A DNA stretch of 64,000 bases from NCBI RefSeq assembly GCF_009914755.1, contig NC_060932.1; one strand, given 5' to 3'. Source of the DNA: the human T2T-CHM13v2.0 reference genome, Homo sapiens. A program made the translations under genes and the position numbers. Shown here piece by piece: positions 13,419 to 30,118 of this stretch (within the stretch, counting starts at the first letter, position 1; the number at the start of each line of letters is the position of its first letter). The notes under the pieces were generated by a model. That model searched no databases, was not told the origin of the DNA, and saw only the letters and a program-made list of their open reading frames with translations.

Positions 13419-13767
13419 TTATTTACTTTCACTGGATATTGACAAATTCTAATTGTATATATTTATGATGTACAAAATGTTGCTATATGTACAATGTGGA
13501 ATGATTGAAACAAGCTAACTAACATATCCATCACCTCAAATGCTCATTATTTATTCCTCCTGCCTAACTGAAACCCTGAACCCTTGGACCAGTACATCCC
13601 CACGCCCTGCTCCCAGCCTCAAGTCCCCTATTCTGCTCTCTGCCTCTGTGAGTTAGCTTGCTTTCGAGTCTATGTGGAAGAGTGAACATGCAGTCTGGGT
13701 ACCCTGACATTTAAATATCTGACAGAGAAAGAGGCATGGTCAAAGGGTACTTAGGAAAAAAAGGTAG

Positions 13768-13938
13768 CTGTAGACCAAGCTACTCGGGAGGCTAAGGTGG
13801 CAGGATCACCTGAGCCCAGGAGGTTAAGGCTGCAGTGAGCTGAGATTGCTCCACCGCACTTCCAGCCTGGACAACAGAAGGAGACCTTGTCTCAAAAAAC
13901 AAACAAAAAGAAAACTAAAAACAAAGCAAAACAAAAAA
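13768..13938 (+). mobile_element. Alu right-arm monomer (FRAM/AluJ)
   Basis: Right-arm sequence plus an A-rich tail. Confidence 0.8.
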
Positions 13939-14504
13939 TCCAGCTAGTAAGGTAGAAGGAAAAGCAGCTGGACAGGGCATCCGGCAGCCTTCAGGAAGAA
14001 ACTGTTTGAAGGAGAGAGTCGTCTACACCAGCGCTGCTAAGACATCAAGGAAGAAGAGGACAGAGAGGTGGATGCTGGCTTCAGCAAGAGGGAGCCCCTC
14101 CTCCACCGTGATGGCAGTGATGGGGGAGATGGCCATCTCAGCTCAGTGGTAAGGCCAGGGTTGAGGAGGAGGCAGGAGATAAAGGCCACCTTGCTGCATC
14201 CATGTGCCATAAAGGGAGCAGAGACAAGGAGCTGGACAAGGACATAGATAAGGTCCAGAAAGTGGCTTGTGGTTTTCTCATAACGTCGTATAATATAATG
14301 AAGGTGTTGTCATGTGAGATAGGTCAGTGCCTGCTGAAAGAGAGACGATGTGCACAGGAAAGAGGGCAGCCACAGCACTGCAGCTCTGGAGGAGGGGAGA
14401 GAACCCCCGGCAGAGTGCGAGTGGAGACCCGGCTCAGAGAACAGGACCAGGCACTTCCTCCTTGAGGCAAGAAGGCAGGGTGCAGCTAAAGGGGTGCCCG
14501 TTAC

Positions 14505-15126
14505 TGTCAGGGACATTGGAACCAGGGCGACTGCGGCTCAAACAGGCTGGGGGAAATGAGGCTGAGACCTGCTGGGCTGCATCCCCAGGAAGTTAGGCAT
14601 TCTTAGCCACAGGATGAGATCGGAGGTCGGCACAAGACACAGGTCACAAAGCCCCCGCAGATAAAACAGGATGTGGTGAAGAAGCCAGCCAAGACCCACC
14701 AAAACCAAGAAGGCAATGAAAGTGACCTCTGGTCGACCTCACTGCTTATTATTTGCTAATTATAATGCATTAGCTGCTAAAAGACACGCCTACCAGCCCC
14801 GTGACAGTTTACAAATGCCACAGGCAAAGGCCAGAAGTTACCCTACATGGTCTAAAAAGGGCAGGAACCCTCTGTTCCATTCCAGGATTTCCCCACCCCT
14901 TTCCCAGAAAATCCATGAATAATCTATCCCTTGTTTAGCATATGATCAAGAAATAACTAGAAATATGCCCATTCAAGCAGCCCCCGCCTGTGGAGCAGCC
15001 ATTCTTTTCTTTCTTTCTTCATAAATGTGCTTTCACTTTACTCTGTGGATTCACCCCAAATTCTCTCTTGTGCGAGATCCAAGAACCCTCCCTTGGGGTC
15101 TGGATCAGGACCCCTTTTCAATAACA
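14505..15126 (+). mobile_element. MER41B-like ERV1 solo LTR with GAS motif TTCCCAGAA (14901-14909)
   Basis: TGTCAG start, MER41 signature 'atgaggctgagacctgctgggctgcat...gcacaagacacaggtcacaaag', end '...ggatcaggaccccttttcaataaca'; ~620 bp. Confidence 0.85.
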
Positions 15127-16340
15127 AATCAGTGGCACAGAGGAAGGGAGCCCGTGAGGTCGCTCCTATTTGTCTGTGAAATAGGGAAGTGAGTCGGAGG
15201 AGGTGGGATATTGGAGGTTTGCAAAGACATTTTTCAAATAATTACCTGAGAACGGGTGAGTTAATTAGGAAAGCGAAGATGGACCGTCTGGTCTGGTGGC
15301 GGGATTGCCCATTTGAGGCTGTGGTCATAAATGTGGGGTGTGTCCAGCAAGCCTGGTGGAGTGATTGATTTTTTCAGCAATATTTAGAAGTTCCAATACA
15401 GACAAAGACCAGGCAGACAGTGGGAGATAGGATTTGCCAAGCAGGTGACAGAGAACGGAAACAGCAAAAGTGAATGTTTTTTGCAAAGGAGCAATGTTAG
15501 TGTTAGACTGAGTCAGGAGGGAAGGACGACGAGAGGAAACGGGCCGGGAGAGCCAACGGAGCTGGAGGTAGGTGCATGGCCAGTGGTCTCCACGTGACCT
15601 GGGGGTTGCTAGGGTGAGTCCAGGAGAGATCAAGACTGAACAGGTGGAGACCAGAGTATGGGGAGAGGGGGAGCGACAGTTCAGATGTGGTGTGGCTTCT
15701 TCATTCAGAGACTCGGCCTGCTGCCACATTAGCTGCTGGTGCCCTGCTGAGCGTGGCCAGGTGCCCTGACCCATGGCTGGTGACGTCAAACTGTGGCTTC
15801 CTTGGCCTCCCAGAGATCTCGTCTCTCTTATGTTTGGAAAGGGTGTAAACTCCGTTTACACACACCCTTTTGACTTCTCAACAAGACCAGAAGCACTTCC
15901 CACTGGCTCCTTCTCCATGTCTGAGCCTGAAGTCTGTGGCCTAGACGACTTGGGGAAGGAGGCAGGCAGAAGAGGAGGAAGTTGGCAGTGACCAGAGCAG
16001 ACAGGCCTGTGGTAACCAGACCCTATCTGATGGGAGCTGCTCAGCAGATTGAAGGTTTCAGACAGGGCTGTTTTTAAGTACCCCGTTCACAGGCTCAAAG
16101 CAAACAGCAAGGGAGACAGCTAGGCGGTCTCCAAAGGAAATTGATTAAGGAAGAGAAACCTCAGATGCGTTGGAACATTTATCATTTCTTTGAGGATACA
16201 TGCTTGACGTGATGGATATTAATTACCCTGATTTGATCACTAGACACGGAATGCACAGAAACATCACTATATACCCCATAAATATGTACAATTATTATAC
16301 ATCAATTTTTTAAAAATTAAAAGGGAAAAAAGGTGTTTTA

Positions 16341-16456
16341 GCTAGGCATGGTGGCTCATGCCTGTAATCCCAGAACTTTGGGAGGCTGACATGGAAGGAT
16401 TGCTTGAGCCCAGCAGTTCAAGACCAGCCTGGGTAACACAGAGAGACCTCATCTCT
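16341..16456 (+). mobile_element. Free left Alu monomer (FLAM-like)
   Basis: Left-arm sequence; AAGGTGTTT flanks both sides of the combined insertion. Confidence 0.75.
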
Positions 16457-16787
<331 letters not shown>

Positions 16788-17530
16788 TGAAGGTGTTTGC
16801 AGGCTGTAAGAATCCGTCATCCACCACTCGCTGCCAGGAACATTCCCGCCTGCAAGATGGTTACGAGGAAAGTGAGGCTTGGTGCAGCTTTGCAGGACAG
16901 TAGGGTATTTCCTGAGCCATTTGTTAAACAGAAAGCCCTGCACTGCTCATTCTCTTACTCCCTTCTCCATGCAAAGACTACTGAAGCTAAGGGGCATTTG
17001 CTAAAGAACAGCCAGAGTCCCAAGGGAAACCTGAGTTAGAGATGACAAGCCACACTCCTTGGCTCGCTCCCGGAGACTCACCCACCCAGGTGGGCCTGGC
17101 CTAGGCCTGGAGGGAGGGCTTTCAGGGAGCTCACCTCTGCTCCCCCACCCACTGCACTCTCGGCCTCATCTGGGAGGGGTACCTGGGCCTGGAGCAGGAC
17201 AAATGCGTCTCCAACCTGTCGCCTCTGCACCAGTCTGGGTTTGGTCAATAAAGTGGAAGCCCCCTCAGTCTTCCATGAAGGAAAGGACCTGATTCAGGAA
17301 CTAAGGGTTCACAGAACCCTTAGAAGGGCGGGGACAGGCAGTGTCCGGGAAGAGGCTGTGAGAAGAGGTGACTCACAGAGCTCATCCCCAAAGTCGCCCG
17401 GATTTCACCCAGCTCAGCAGGGGGCCTTTTTTGCACCGCTGTAGCTGGAACGGCTATGGAAAGCTGGTGATTCTCAAGAGGTCTGTCCACACCTCTGCCT
17501 GCTGCCACCACCGGGAATAAAGCTTCACTT

Positions 17531-17890
17531 GCTATTGTGCACTGAATTATGACCCCCAAAAATTCACATGTTGAAATCCTGATCTCCAGCATCTAAGAAT
17601 GGGACTATGTAAGAGGTAACTAGAGTAAAATGAGGTCATATGGGTGGGTCATAATCCAATCTGACTGACGTCTGCATAAGAAGAGGAGATTAAGACACAG
17701 ACACTCACAGAGGGACGGCCACATGGAGACACAGGGAGAAGACACCACCTACAAGCTGAGGAGAGAGGCCTGAGAAGGAACCAACCCTGCCAGTACTTTG
17801 ATCTTGGACCTCCAGCCTCTAGGACTGTGAGAAAACAAATGTCTGTTATTTAAGCCACGCAGTCTATGGTATCTTGTTATGGCAGTCACA
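17531..17890 (+). mobile_element. MLT1B-like MaLR LTR (within older MLT1-like sequence)
   Basis: MLT1B signatures 'aaaatgaggtcata...gaaggaaccaaccctgcc...ccagcctctaggactgtgagaaaa'. Confidence 0.75.
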
Positions 17891-18188
17891 CCCAACGGGG
17901 ATATTTGTTTTTCCTCTTTGACCCCTCTTCCTCTCCTCTCTACCCCACCCCCAGCTTTTAAAGCCCCCACCTGGAAGTGACTCATATCATTTCTGCTCAC
18001 ATTTCCTTGGTCTAAACAAGTCAGATGGCCAAACCTGACATCCAAAGTGTGGAGAAGTACCAGCTTAGTCTGGGCCCCCAAGTAGAGGAGAACTGCACTA
18101 TTTGCAGATGGGATCTTAGTGATTACCTCTCATTCTTCCTCACCCCATCCAGAGTGGACCTGCAAAACCCCATCAGCCTGCAGCCCTA

Positions 18189-18558
<370 letters not shown>

Positions 18559-18945
18559 CGAGAACTTCTATTAATGTTTTAAACCTCTTCTTTTCTGCTT
18601 TCAATGTGCTCTAAATATGTATAATATATGGGTACAGACATGTATATTATATAAATCTGTTGGGGAATGCACAAACATTTTCACAGATGGAGGGCAAGTC
18701 AGACAAGAGTGAGGCCCGGCCTTTGCCTGCGCCACATTGGATTCACCCCATATCCAAGCCTCAGGCTGTGCCAAACTGGATGAGGGACGATGCTTCCTCA
18801 TGCGAGGTGGCACGGGCACAGCCTCTGCCCAGTGTCCTACTGCCCCTGTGTGGCCACATATGGCGTCTGCACACACCTGAGTCGCTGGGTAAAAGGCACC
18901 ATATTTCTGCCAATCTGCTCTGGGCTCTGTTCCCCTTGACAGACC

Positions 18946-19478
18946 TGTCACAGGACAAACCCCTAAACCGGGTTCAGCCTGGGAGGCCACATGGGTTCTT
19001 GGCTTTGCACAGGAAGAAATTCAAGAGTGAGCCGACAGAGTCAAGTGAAAGCAAATGTATTAGGAAAGGAAAGGAATAAAAGAGTGGCTACTCCATAGGC
19101 AGAGCAGCCCGGGACTGCTGGTTGGCTATTTCTTTATTGATCATATGCTGAAGAAGGAGTGGATCATTCATGAGTTTTCGAGGAGAGGGGCAGGGAATTC
19201 TCGTAACTGAGGGTTCCTCCCCCTTTCAGGCCATATAGGTTAGCTTCCAGGCATTGCCACAGCACTTGTGAACTGTCATGGCGCTGGTGGGAGTGTCCTT
19301 TTAGCAGCTAATGCATTATAATTAGCGTATAATGAGCAGTGAGGACGACCAGAGGTTGCCTTTGTTCCCATCTTGGTTTTGCTAGATTTTGATCGGCTTC
19401 TTGACCACATCTCATTTTATCAGCAGGGTCTTTGTGATCTGTACCCTGCAAAACAAGCCCTCCCCAACTCCTATCTCA
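18946..19478 (-). mobile_element. MER41C/D-like ERV1 solo LTR
   Basis: Shares the reverse complement of 'gctaattataatgcattagctgctaaaa' with the LTR at 14505; TG...CA termini; near-TSD gacc/aacc. Confidence 0.75.
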
Positions 19479-21051
19479 AACCCACAATGAAGCCCATGTC
19501 AGAAGCACCAGGGGTAGAAAACAGAAGGTGGGGAGAGAGAGGGGGAGGAAGAGAGGAAGCAAGAGAGAAAGGAAGGGAGAGAGAGAAATGGGGAGAAGGC
19601 CAAGAAAGAGAGAAGGTGCAAGAAACAGTGAAACGCAGGAGGTTATTTTTAAGATGGGATATGGTCACCAAATGCAAGCACATGAACCAGCCTTCCTTTC
19701 CTGCACTGCCCCCATCTCCCCTTTTCAGAATGTTCTGGTCAAGTCTAAGAACAGGGCCTAGAAATCACAGCTTCTGAGTTTGAGGCTCAGGGGCAGGAGC
19801 AGATGCAAGACCCAGCAGCCCTGCAGAAGGCCCCAGTCCCTGACGCCCCATTCCACCACCCAGAGTGGCCTGCCATCACCCATTGTCCATGTGAGCCCAG
19901 AGCTAGCTCCAGCCAGGCGGGCGACTGCAGTCCCCTCTCATCTCTGGGCGGGCCCCTGGCAGGTCACCTCCACACAGCACAGCCCTTCAGGGGGCCCAAA
20001 GCAGGAAGGCAGGAGGCCCTACTGCCCACTTTCTGCAGGGGACAGAAGGACAGCGGGGTCACCTCCTGGATCCTGGCTCCCATCCAGCCACCTTGCTCTG
20101 CAAAGCTGCCTACGTGCTCTCTCTCTCTTTCTGTCTCAGAAAAGACACAGCTGATGGAACCATCATGAAAATGTTGCAGGGCACCCTGAGATGCAGAACT
20201 TGATTTCTTTTAAGCAAGAGAATTTGTGTTTAAAAGACTCCAGCCCCTTCTATTTCTAGCAGACGAGACAGTGAGTCTTCCTGAGACAGACGCCAGCATG
20301 GCCCCTTTCAGTGAGTGAGAGGAAAGGCAAGTCAGGACTCCTCTTCTTCTGCCGGAGCCAGACCCTCCACTCCCCACTGAGATTGCTAGGGAGGGATGGA
20401 CAAGTGATTGTATTGGGGCCAAGAAGCCTTCCAGAAGAAAGGGCTCCTGGCTCCTTCCCAGATGAACGCTACTGAAGCATCTCTAACTGCCGGAACGCTG
20501 TGATCCCAGACAGGCCAGACTGTGGGACGTGGGTGAGCCCCATCACAGGGGCCATGACACTGGGAACCCAGGCCATGGAGGGGTGACATCCTCCACTTCA
20601 AGGGGCAGAGCAGACCTGTGAGGGGCAGCCCCAGGGACAAGCGAGTCTTGGTGAAAAAGGGAGAGGAGAAAGGTTTGTCGTGATGAAATGCGGCTCAGAA
20701 TTATATCGCATAAAGTATTAGGAGAGGCATGACCTTATGTCGCCCCCGAGCTGCTGGGACACATGACTTAGAGCACGTGTCTCTTAGAGCATCTGGCTCT
20801 GCTGTCAGAGCCAGAGGGCTTCAGCAATCAGGGGGGTCTCCTCCTATGACAAGAAGCAGGTCCAGGCGCTGGAGTGGTCGGAACTGTTCATTCGCTCTGC
20901 CCTGCAGTGCCTCCTCCACCTACTCCCTGTCAGAGCCACAGTAGAGGAGGTCTGAGAACACATATCTGTCCTGGTCTTGCCCTTCTGCCTCTTAAACAAA
21001 CGGTTTTTTCACTTTTATCCTGCGGACCCATGGTGTTAAGGAAATCCTAAC

Positions 21052-21065
21052 GCGCCCCCTGCCGG
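21052..21065 (-). promoter_or_regulatory. Candidate CTCF site CCGGCAGGGGGCGC
   Basis: Matches the CTCF core CC(A/G)(C/G)(C/T)AG(A/G)(G/T)GGC(A/G)C, in unique sequence with retained CpGs. Confidence 0.6.
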
Positions 21066-21342
21066 AGACACGGAGATCTCTTTAGAGGTGCATTCTGAGA
21101 AACAGTTTGAAAAACGCCCGTGATAGTTGCTTGTGTTCTTGGCATTTGCAATTGCTGTCACTTGCCATGTTTGCTGGAAAATTAAAAGTTCAGATGCTGT
21201 TTTCTGCTCAAACCCAAAACCTATGGTTGGAGTGCTCTGTCACAATTCGATTAAATTCTACAAGTACTTTTTAGCATCTAGTACGTGCCAAGCCCGGTAT
21301 CTGCTCTGGGAAACACAATGACTAGATGCTGAAAATGCATAG

Positions 21343-21757
<415 letters not shown>

Positions 21758-23685
21758 TAGCCTATTAAATTTCTTAATCTGTTACTTTGGGGCTTTCCTT
21801 CTAATTTTGAAAAGCTACGGTTCCTAAATAATGTAGCCATTTCCCCCATTACAACTGAAAAGCAAGAAATCCTTACATCTTTCTATCATTTGTTTTCATA
21901 TATTAAAACCCCCCAGACTTCAGATTTCACCCTCTTGGCTTCACCCCCTTTCAAAGCTCTGGCTTTGGTCTTTATCAGCTTGCAGCTAAAAGCTTGGCTG
22001 TCTCTCCAAGAGGGACAACTGTCTGGGACCATTACCAAATGTTCCGGTTTGCCTCTTCAGTCTTCCTGGTGCCCATCTCTGTTGCTGCCTTTCTTCCCAT
22101 GAATCAGAAGCAAACAGATTACAATCACAAAAGGCCGTCTGTTCCTTATAATATAAATTTCCCGGTAACAAATTTTCCCCAATTAGATGTGTCTGAGTTC
22201 ATCTTGTTATGGTCTTGCTTGCTTTTTATTTTGACCTTTAGGAGAAGATGCCTTTCTGGTTTGCTCCCCTGTCTCCAGATAGCTACCTTCCATGCAAACA
22301 ACCAGTATTTCTGCACCTTAATTATCCCTGGCAACATGCCAAGACATAAATTACTCCTGTAAGCAAGGTCCCTGTGACAGATTCCTAACAGAGTTTGTAT
22401 CCCTTTGACACGAAATACTTTTTAAAAAGGATTTCTCAGCTTAATATTAACTCAGGTTCAAGAAATAATGCAACTTATGTCAGTATTTTTTTCAAAACCT
22501 GAATAGACAAATGATTGGAACCAAAGAATATACAACAAAAGCCATCTAAGTAACGTCCACATCCTCAGGAGCTGGATGTGTGATGCTCTTTCTGGACCAG
22601 TCCAAATGCCAATTTGAAATTAGTTACCAAACTTTAAATTGCTAAGTGTAAACGTATCGTCTGGGGAGCTTTAAACATTTATCTATGCCAGAGTCCCACC
22701 CCCGGGCAATTCAGTGAGAGTCCCTGGGCAGGGGGTTTCAGCCATCCATTGACCAGTCTTCTCTCTATCTCTCTCCCTCTACCTATCTCTATTTTAATTT
22801 TGTCTCCGCCCCTTTGAACAGATGGTTGTCTTTTCCCATGTATATCCTGACTCCACAATTGGACTGTAAATTTCCTCTTTAGAGTCTCGATACCAATCCC
22901 AGCATCCAGAATAGGCAGACCCCTCAATAAATGTGAGAATGATGAGTAGTCTCAGAATTATTTCAGAAGTCTTATCCACCTCAGATATATACAAAAAGTG
23001 GCTCTTTTGGTCCTTGGGGTTGAATAGCACTGTTGCATGGTTACAATTGAGCTCAGCCGGAAGTGGACGTTCTAAAGCTGGATGGTGATGTCCCATTATC
23101 TGCACCACTGGCCCCCTCTGCTGGCACTTTTTCCGATTGTCCATAGAAAAAGCAAGTCACAAGCAAAGCAAGACTTGGCCCTTCAAGGTGTGGCCAGCCT
23201 CCAAGTGTCCTCGGTAGGAAGACATCACACCTGGGTCTTAGGGGAAAATAAATCAGGCTTTGAAACATGAGCTGCCAGATGAAAAGAAAAGTTCTGGTCT
23301 TACTGAGTCCTTGAGAGGGGCCAGAGGCATAAGAAGTAAACAGAGGGAGCCCTGTGAAGGTCTTCCTTTCTCTACGCTTCTCTATTTGAAAAATCTACAA
23401 ATAACTGGAAACAAAAGAGTATACCACCAAATAGCAAATGGTTCAACAGAGATCCAATTAAAAAAAGGAAGTTAGAAAACATTTTAAACTAATTGAAAAA
23501 TGGCTACATGATATGTTAAAATTTATATTGCAGGTAATACAATGAGTAGAGGGAAATTTGGCTTACATATTTACATTAAAAAGGAAAACGCTCTAAAATA
23601 AATATTCTACCTTAAGAATTTATGTTAAGAACTTAGAAAAAAAGAGCAAATTAAAACTGAAGTAAGCAGAACTAAGAAAACAAAA

Positions 23686-23982
23686 ATTTTTTTTTTGAGA
23701 CAGAGTCTCACTCTGTTGCTCAGGCTGGAGTGCAGTAATGTCATCATAGCTCACCGTAGCCTTGAATTCTTGGGCTCAAGCAATCCTCCTGCCTTAGCCT
23801 TTGAAGTAGCTGGTATTATAGGCACATGCCATCCCACCAGGCTCATTTTTTATAATTTTTTGTAGTGATGGGTGTCTTACATTATTGCCCAGGCTGGTCT
23901 TGAACTCCTAGCTTCAAGCCAACCTCCCATCTCAGCCTCTTAAAGTGCTGGGATCACAGGCATGAGCCACTGTGCCTAGCCA
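23686..23982 (-). mobile_element. AluJ
   Basis: Diverged reverse Alu dimer. Confidence 0.85.
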
Positions 23983-24852
23983 AAAACAATAAATATTAAT
24001 ATAAAAATCAAGGAAATAAAACAGTTAATTGAAAAGGATATAGTTAATTGAAAAGATCAGTAAAAATGCTAAGGCTCTAGCTGCAGTGATCAAGAAAAGA
24101 GACACAGGGAGAATACACACACATTACCAATAGCAGGAGTGCAAAGTGATATCACACAGAGTCCTGTAAAAGGCATACTAAGGAAGCATGAGGAAAAACT
24201 TGACACCTATATTTAACAACTTGGATGAAATGGAAAAACTCCTTGAGAGACACATGTCTTGGTCCATTTGTGCTGCTATAACAAAATATCTGAGACTAGG
24301 TAACTGTTAAAAGAACAGAAATTAATTTATCATGGTTCTGAAGGCTGGGAAGTCCAAGATCAAGGCACCAGCTAACTGGCAAGGGTTCCTCTCCACTTCC
24401 AAGATGGAGCCTTAGCCACTGTGTCCTCTTGAGGGCAGGAATGCTGTGCCTCACACAGTAGAAGGTAGAAGGGCAAAAAGAGCCAAATGCTGCATGAAGC
24501 TACTTTTTAAGAGCCTTTATCCCATTTATAAGAGAGAGGCCCTCAAGGCCTAATCACCTCTTAAAGGCCTCACCTCTTAATACTATCACATTAGCTGGGG
24601 GTGGAGCCAAGATGGCCGAATAGGAACAGCTCCAGTCTACAGCTCCCAGCGTGAGTGACACAGAAGACGGGTGATTTCTGCATTTCCAACTGAGGTACCG
24701 GGTTCATCTCACTGGGGAATGCCGGACAGTGGGTGCAGCGCACCGTGCGTGAGCTGAAGCAGGACAAGGCATCGCCTCACCAGGGAAGCGCCAGGGGTCA
24801 GGGAATTCCCTTTCCTAGTCAAAGAAAGGGGTGACAGACAGCACCTAGAAAA

Positions 24853-25035
24853 TCAGGTCACTCCCACCCTAATACTGTGCTTTTCCAGCAGGCTTGTCAA
24901 GCGGCACACCAGGAGATTACATCCCGCACCTGGCTCGGAGGGTCCTACGCCCATGGAGCCTCGCTCATGGCTAGCACAGCAGTCTGAGATCAAACTACAA
25001 GGCAGCAGCCAGGCTGGGGGAGGGGCACCCGCCAT
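24853..25035 (-). CDS. L1 ORF0 (antisense), truncated at 60 aa
   Basis: MAGAPPPAWLLPCSLISDCCASHERGSMGVGPSEPG...IRVGVT* matches primate L1 ORF0, with a premature stop where the consensus continues RFS. Confidence 0.75.
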   Translation of the reverse strand: MAGAPPPAWLLPCSLISDCCASHERGSMGVGPSEPGAGCNLLVCRLTSLLEKHSIRVGVT

Positions 25036-25526
25036 TGCCCAGGCTTGAGTAGGTAAACAAAGCGGCCAGAAAGCTGAAACTGGGTGGAACCCACTACAAC
25101 TCAAGGAGGCCTGCCTGCCTCTGTAGGCTCCACCTCTGGGGGCAGGGCATAGACAAACAAAAGGCAGCAATAACCTCTGCAGACTTAAATGTCCCTGTCT
25201 GACAGCTTTGAAGAGAGTAGTGGTTCTCCCAGCACGCAGCTTGAGATATGAGAATGGGCAGACTGCCTCCTCAAGTGGGTCCCTGAACCCCGAGTAGCCT
25301 AAATGGGAGGCACCCCCCAGTAGGGGTGGACTAACATCTCACATGGCTGGGTACTCCTCTGAGACAAAAATTCCAGAGGAACGATCAGGCAGCAGCATTT
25401 GCGGTTCACCAATATCCACTGTTCTGCAGCCACCACAGCTGATACCCAGGCAAACAGGGTCTGGGTATCAAAAACCCATCTGTACGTCACCATCATCAAA
25501 GACCAAAGGTAGATAAAACCACAATG

Positions 25527-26543
25527 ATGGGGAAAAAACAGAGCAGAAGAAACGCAAATTCTAAAAATCAGAGTCCCTCTCCTCCTCCAAAGGAATGCAG
25601 CTCCTCACCAGCAACGGAACAAAGCTGGACGGAGAATGACTTTGACGAGTTGAGAGAGGAAGGCTTCACAAGATCAAACTACTCTGAGCTAAAGGAGGAA
25701 GTTCAAACTAATGGCAAAAAAGTTAAAAACTTTGAAAAAAAATTAGACAAATGGATAACTAGAATAACCAATGCAGAAAAGTCCTTAAAGGACCTGATGG
25801 AGCTGAAAACCACGGCACGAGAACTACGTGACGAATGCACAAGCCTCAGTAGCCAATGCGATCAACTGGAAGAAAGGCTATCAGTGATGGAAGATGAAAT
25901 GAATGAAATGAAGCGAGAAAAGAAGTTTAGAGAAAAAAGAATAAAAAGAAATGAACAAAGCCTCCAAGAAATATGGGACTATGTGAAAAGACCAAATCTA
26001 CGTCTGACTGGTGTACCTGAAAGTGACAGGGAGAATAGAACCAAGTTGGAAAACACTCTGCAGGATACTATCCAGGAGAACTTCCCCAGTCTAGCAAGGC
26101 AGGCCAACCTTAAAATTCAAGAAATACAGAGAATGCCACAAAGATACTCCTCGAGAAGAGCAACTCCAAGACACATAATTGTCAGATTCACCAAGGTTGA
26201 AATGATGGAAAAAATGTTAAGGGCAGCCAGAGAGAAAGGTCAGGTTACCCACAAGGGGAAGCCCATCAGACTAACAGCAGATCTCTCGGCAGAAACTCTA
26301 CAAGCCAGAAGAGAGTGGGGGCCAATATTCAACATTCTTAAAGAAAAGAATTTTCAACCCAGAATTTCATATCCAGCCAAACTAAGCTTCATAAGTGAAG
26401 GAGAAATAAAATACTTTACAGACAAGCAAATGCTGAGAGATTTTGTTACCACCAGGCCTGCCCTAAAAGAGCTCCTGAAGGAAACACTAAACATGGAAAG
26501 GAACAACCAGTACCAGCCACTGCAAAAACATGCCAAATTGTAA
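25527..26543 (+). CDS. L1 ORF1p, intact 338 aa
   Basis: Open from MGKKQ to HAKL*; the REKG, ARR and YPAKLS motifs are retained. Confidence 0.92.
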   Translation: MGKKQSRRNANSKNQSPSPPPKECSSSPATEQSWTENDFDELREEGFTRSNYSELKEEVQTNGKKVKNFEKKLDKWITRITNAEKSLKDLMELKTTARELRDECTSLSSQCDQLEERLSVMEDEMNEMKREKKFREKRIKRNEQSLQEIWDYVKRPNLRLTGVPESDRENRTKLENTLQDTIQENFPSLARQANLKIQEIQRMPQRYSSRRATPRHIIVRFTKVEMMEKMLRAAREKGQVTHKGKPIRLTADLSAETLQARREWGPIFNILKEKNFQPRISYPAKLSFISEGEIKYFTDKQMLRDFVTTRPALKELLKETLNMERNNQYQPLQKHAKL

Positions 26544-26579
26544 AGACCATCAAGGCTAGGAAGAAACTGCATCAACTAA

Positions 26580-29538
<2,959 letters not shown>

Positions 29539-29817
29539 TAGGCAATACCATTCAGGACATAGGCATGGGCAAGGACTTCATGTCTAAAACACCAAAAGCA
29601 ATGACAACAAAAGCCAAAATTGACAAATGGGATCTAATTAAACTCAAGAGCTTCTGCACAGCAAAAGAAACCACCATCAGAGTGAACAGGCAACCCACAG
29701 AATGGGAGAAAATTTTCACAACCTACTCATCTGACAAAGGGCTAATATCCAGAATCTACAATGAACTCAAACAAATTTACAAGAAGAAAACAAACGACCC
29801 CATCAAAAAGTGGGTGA

Positions 29818-30118
<301 letters not shown>

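Noticed and set aside
17414-17427. CTCF-like TCAGCAGGGGGCCT (and a partial match near 39529)
   Set aside because: Mismatches at key core positions make these much weaker than the 21052 site.
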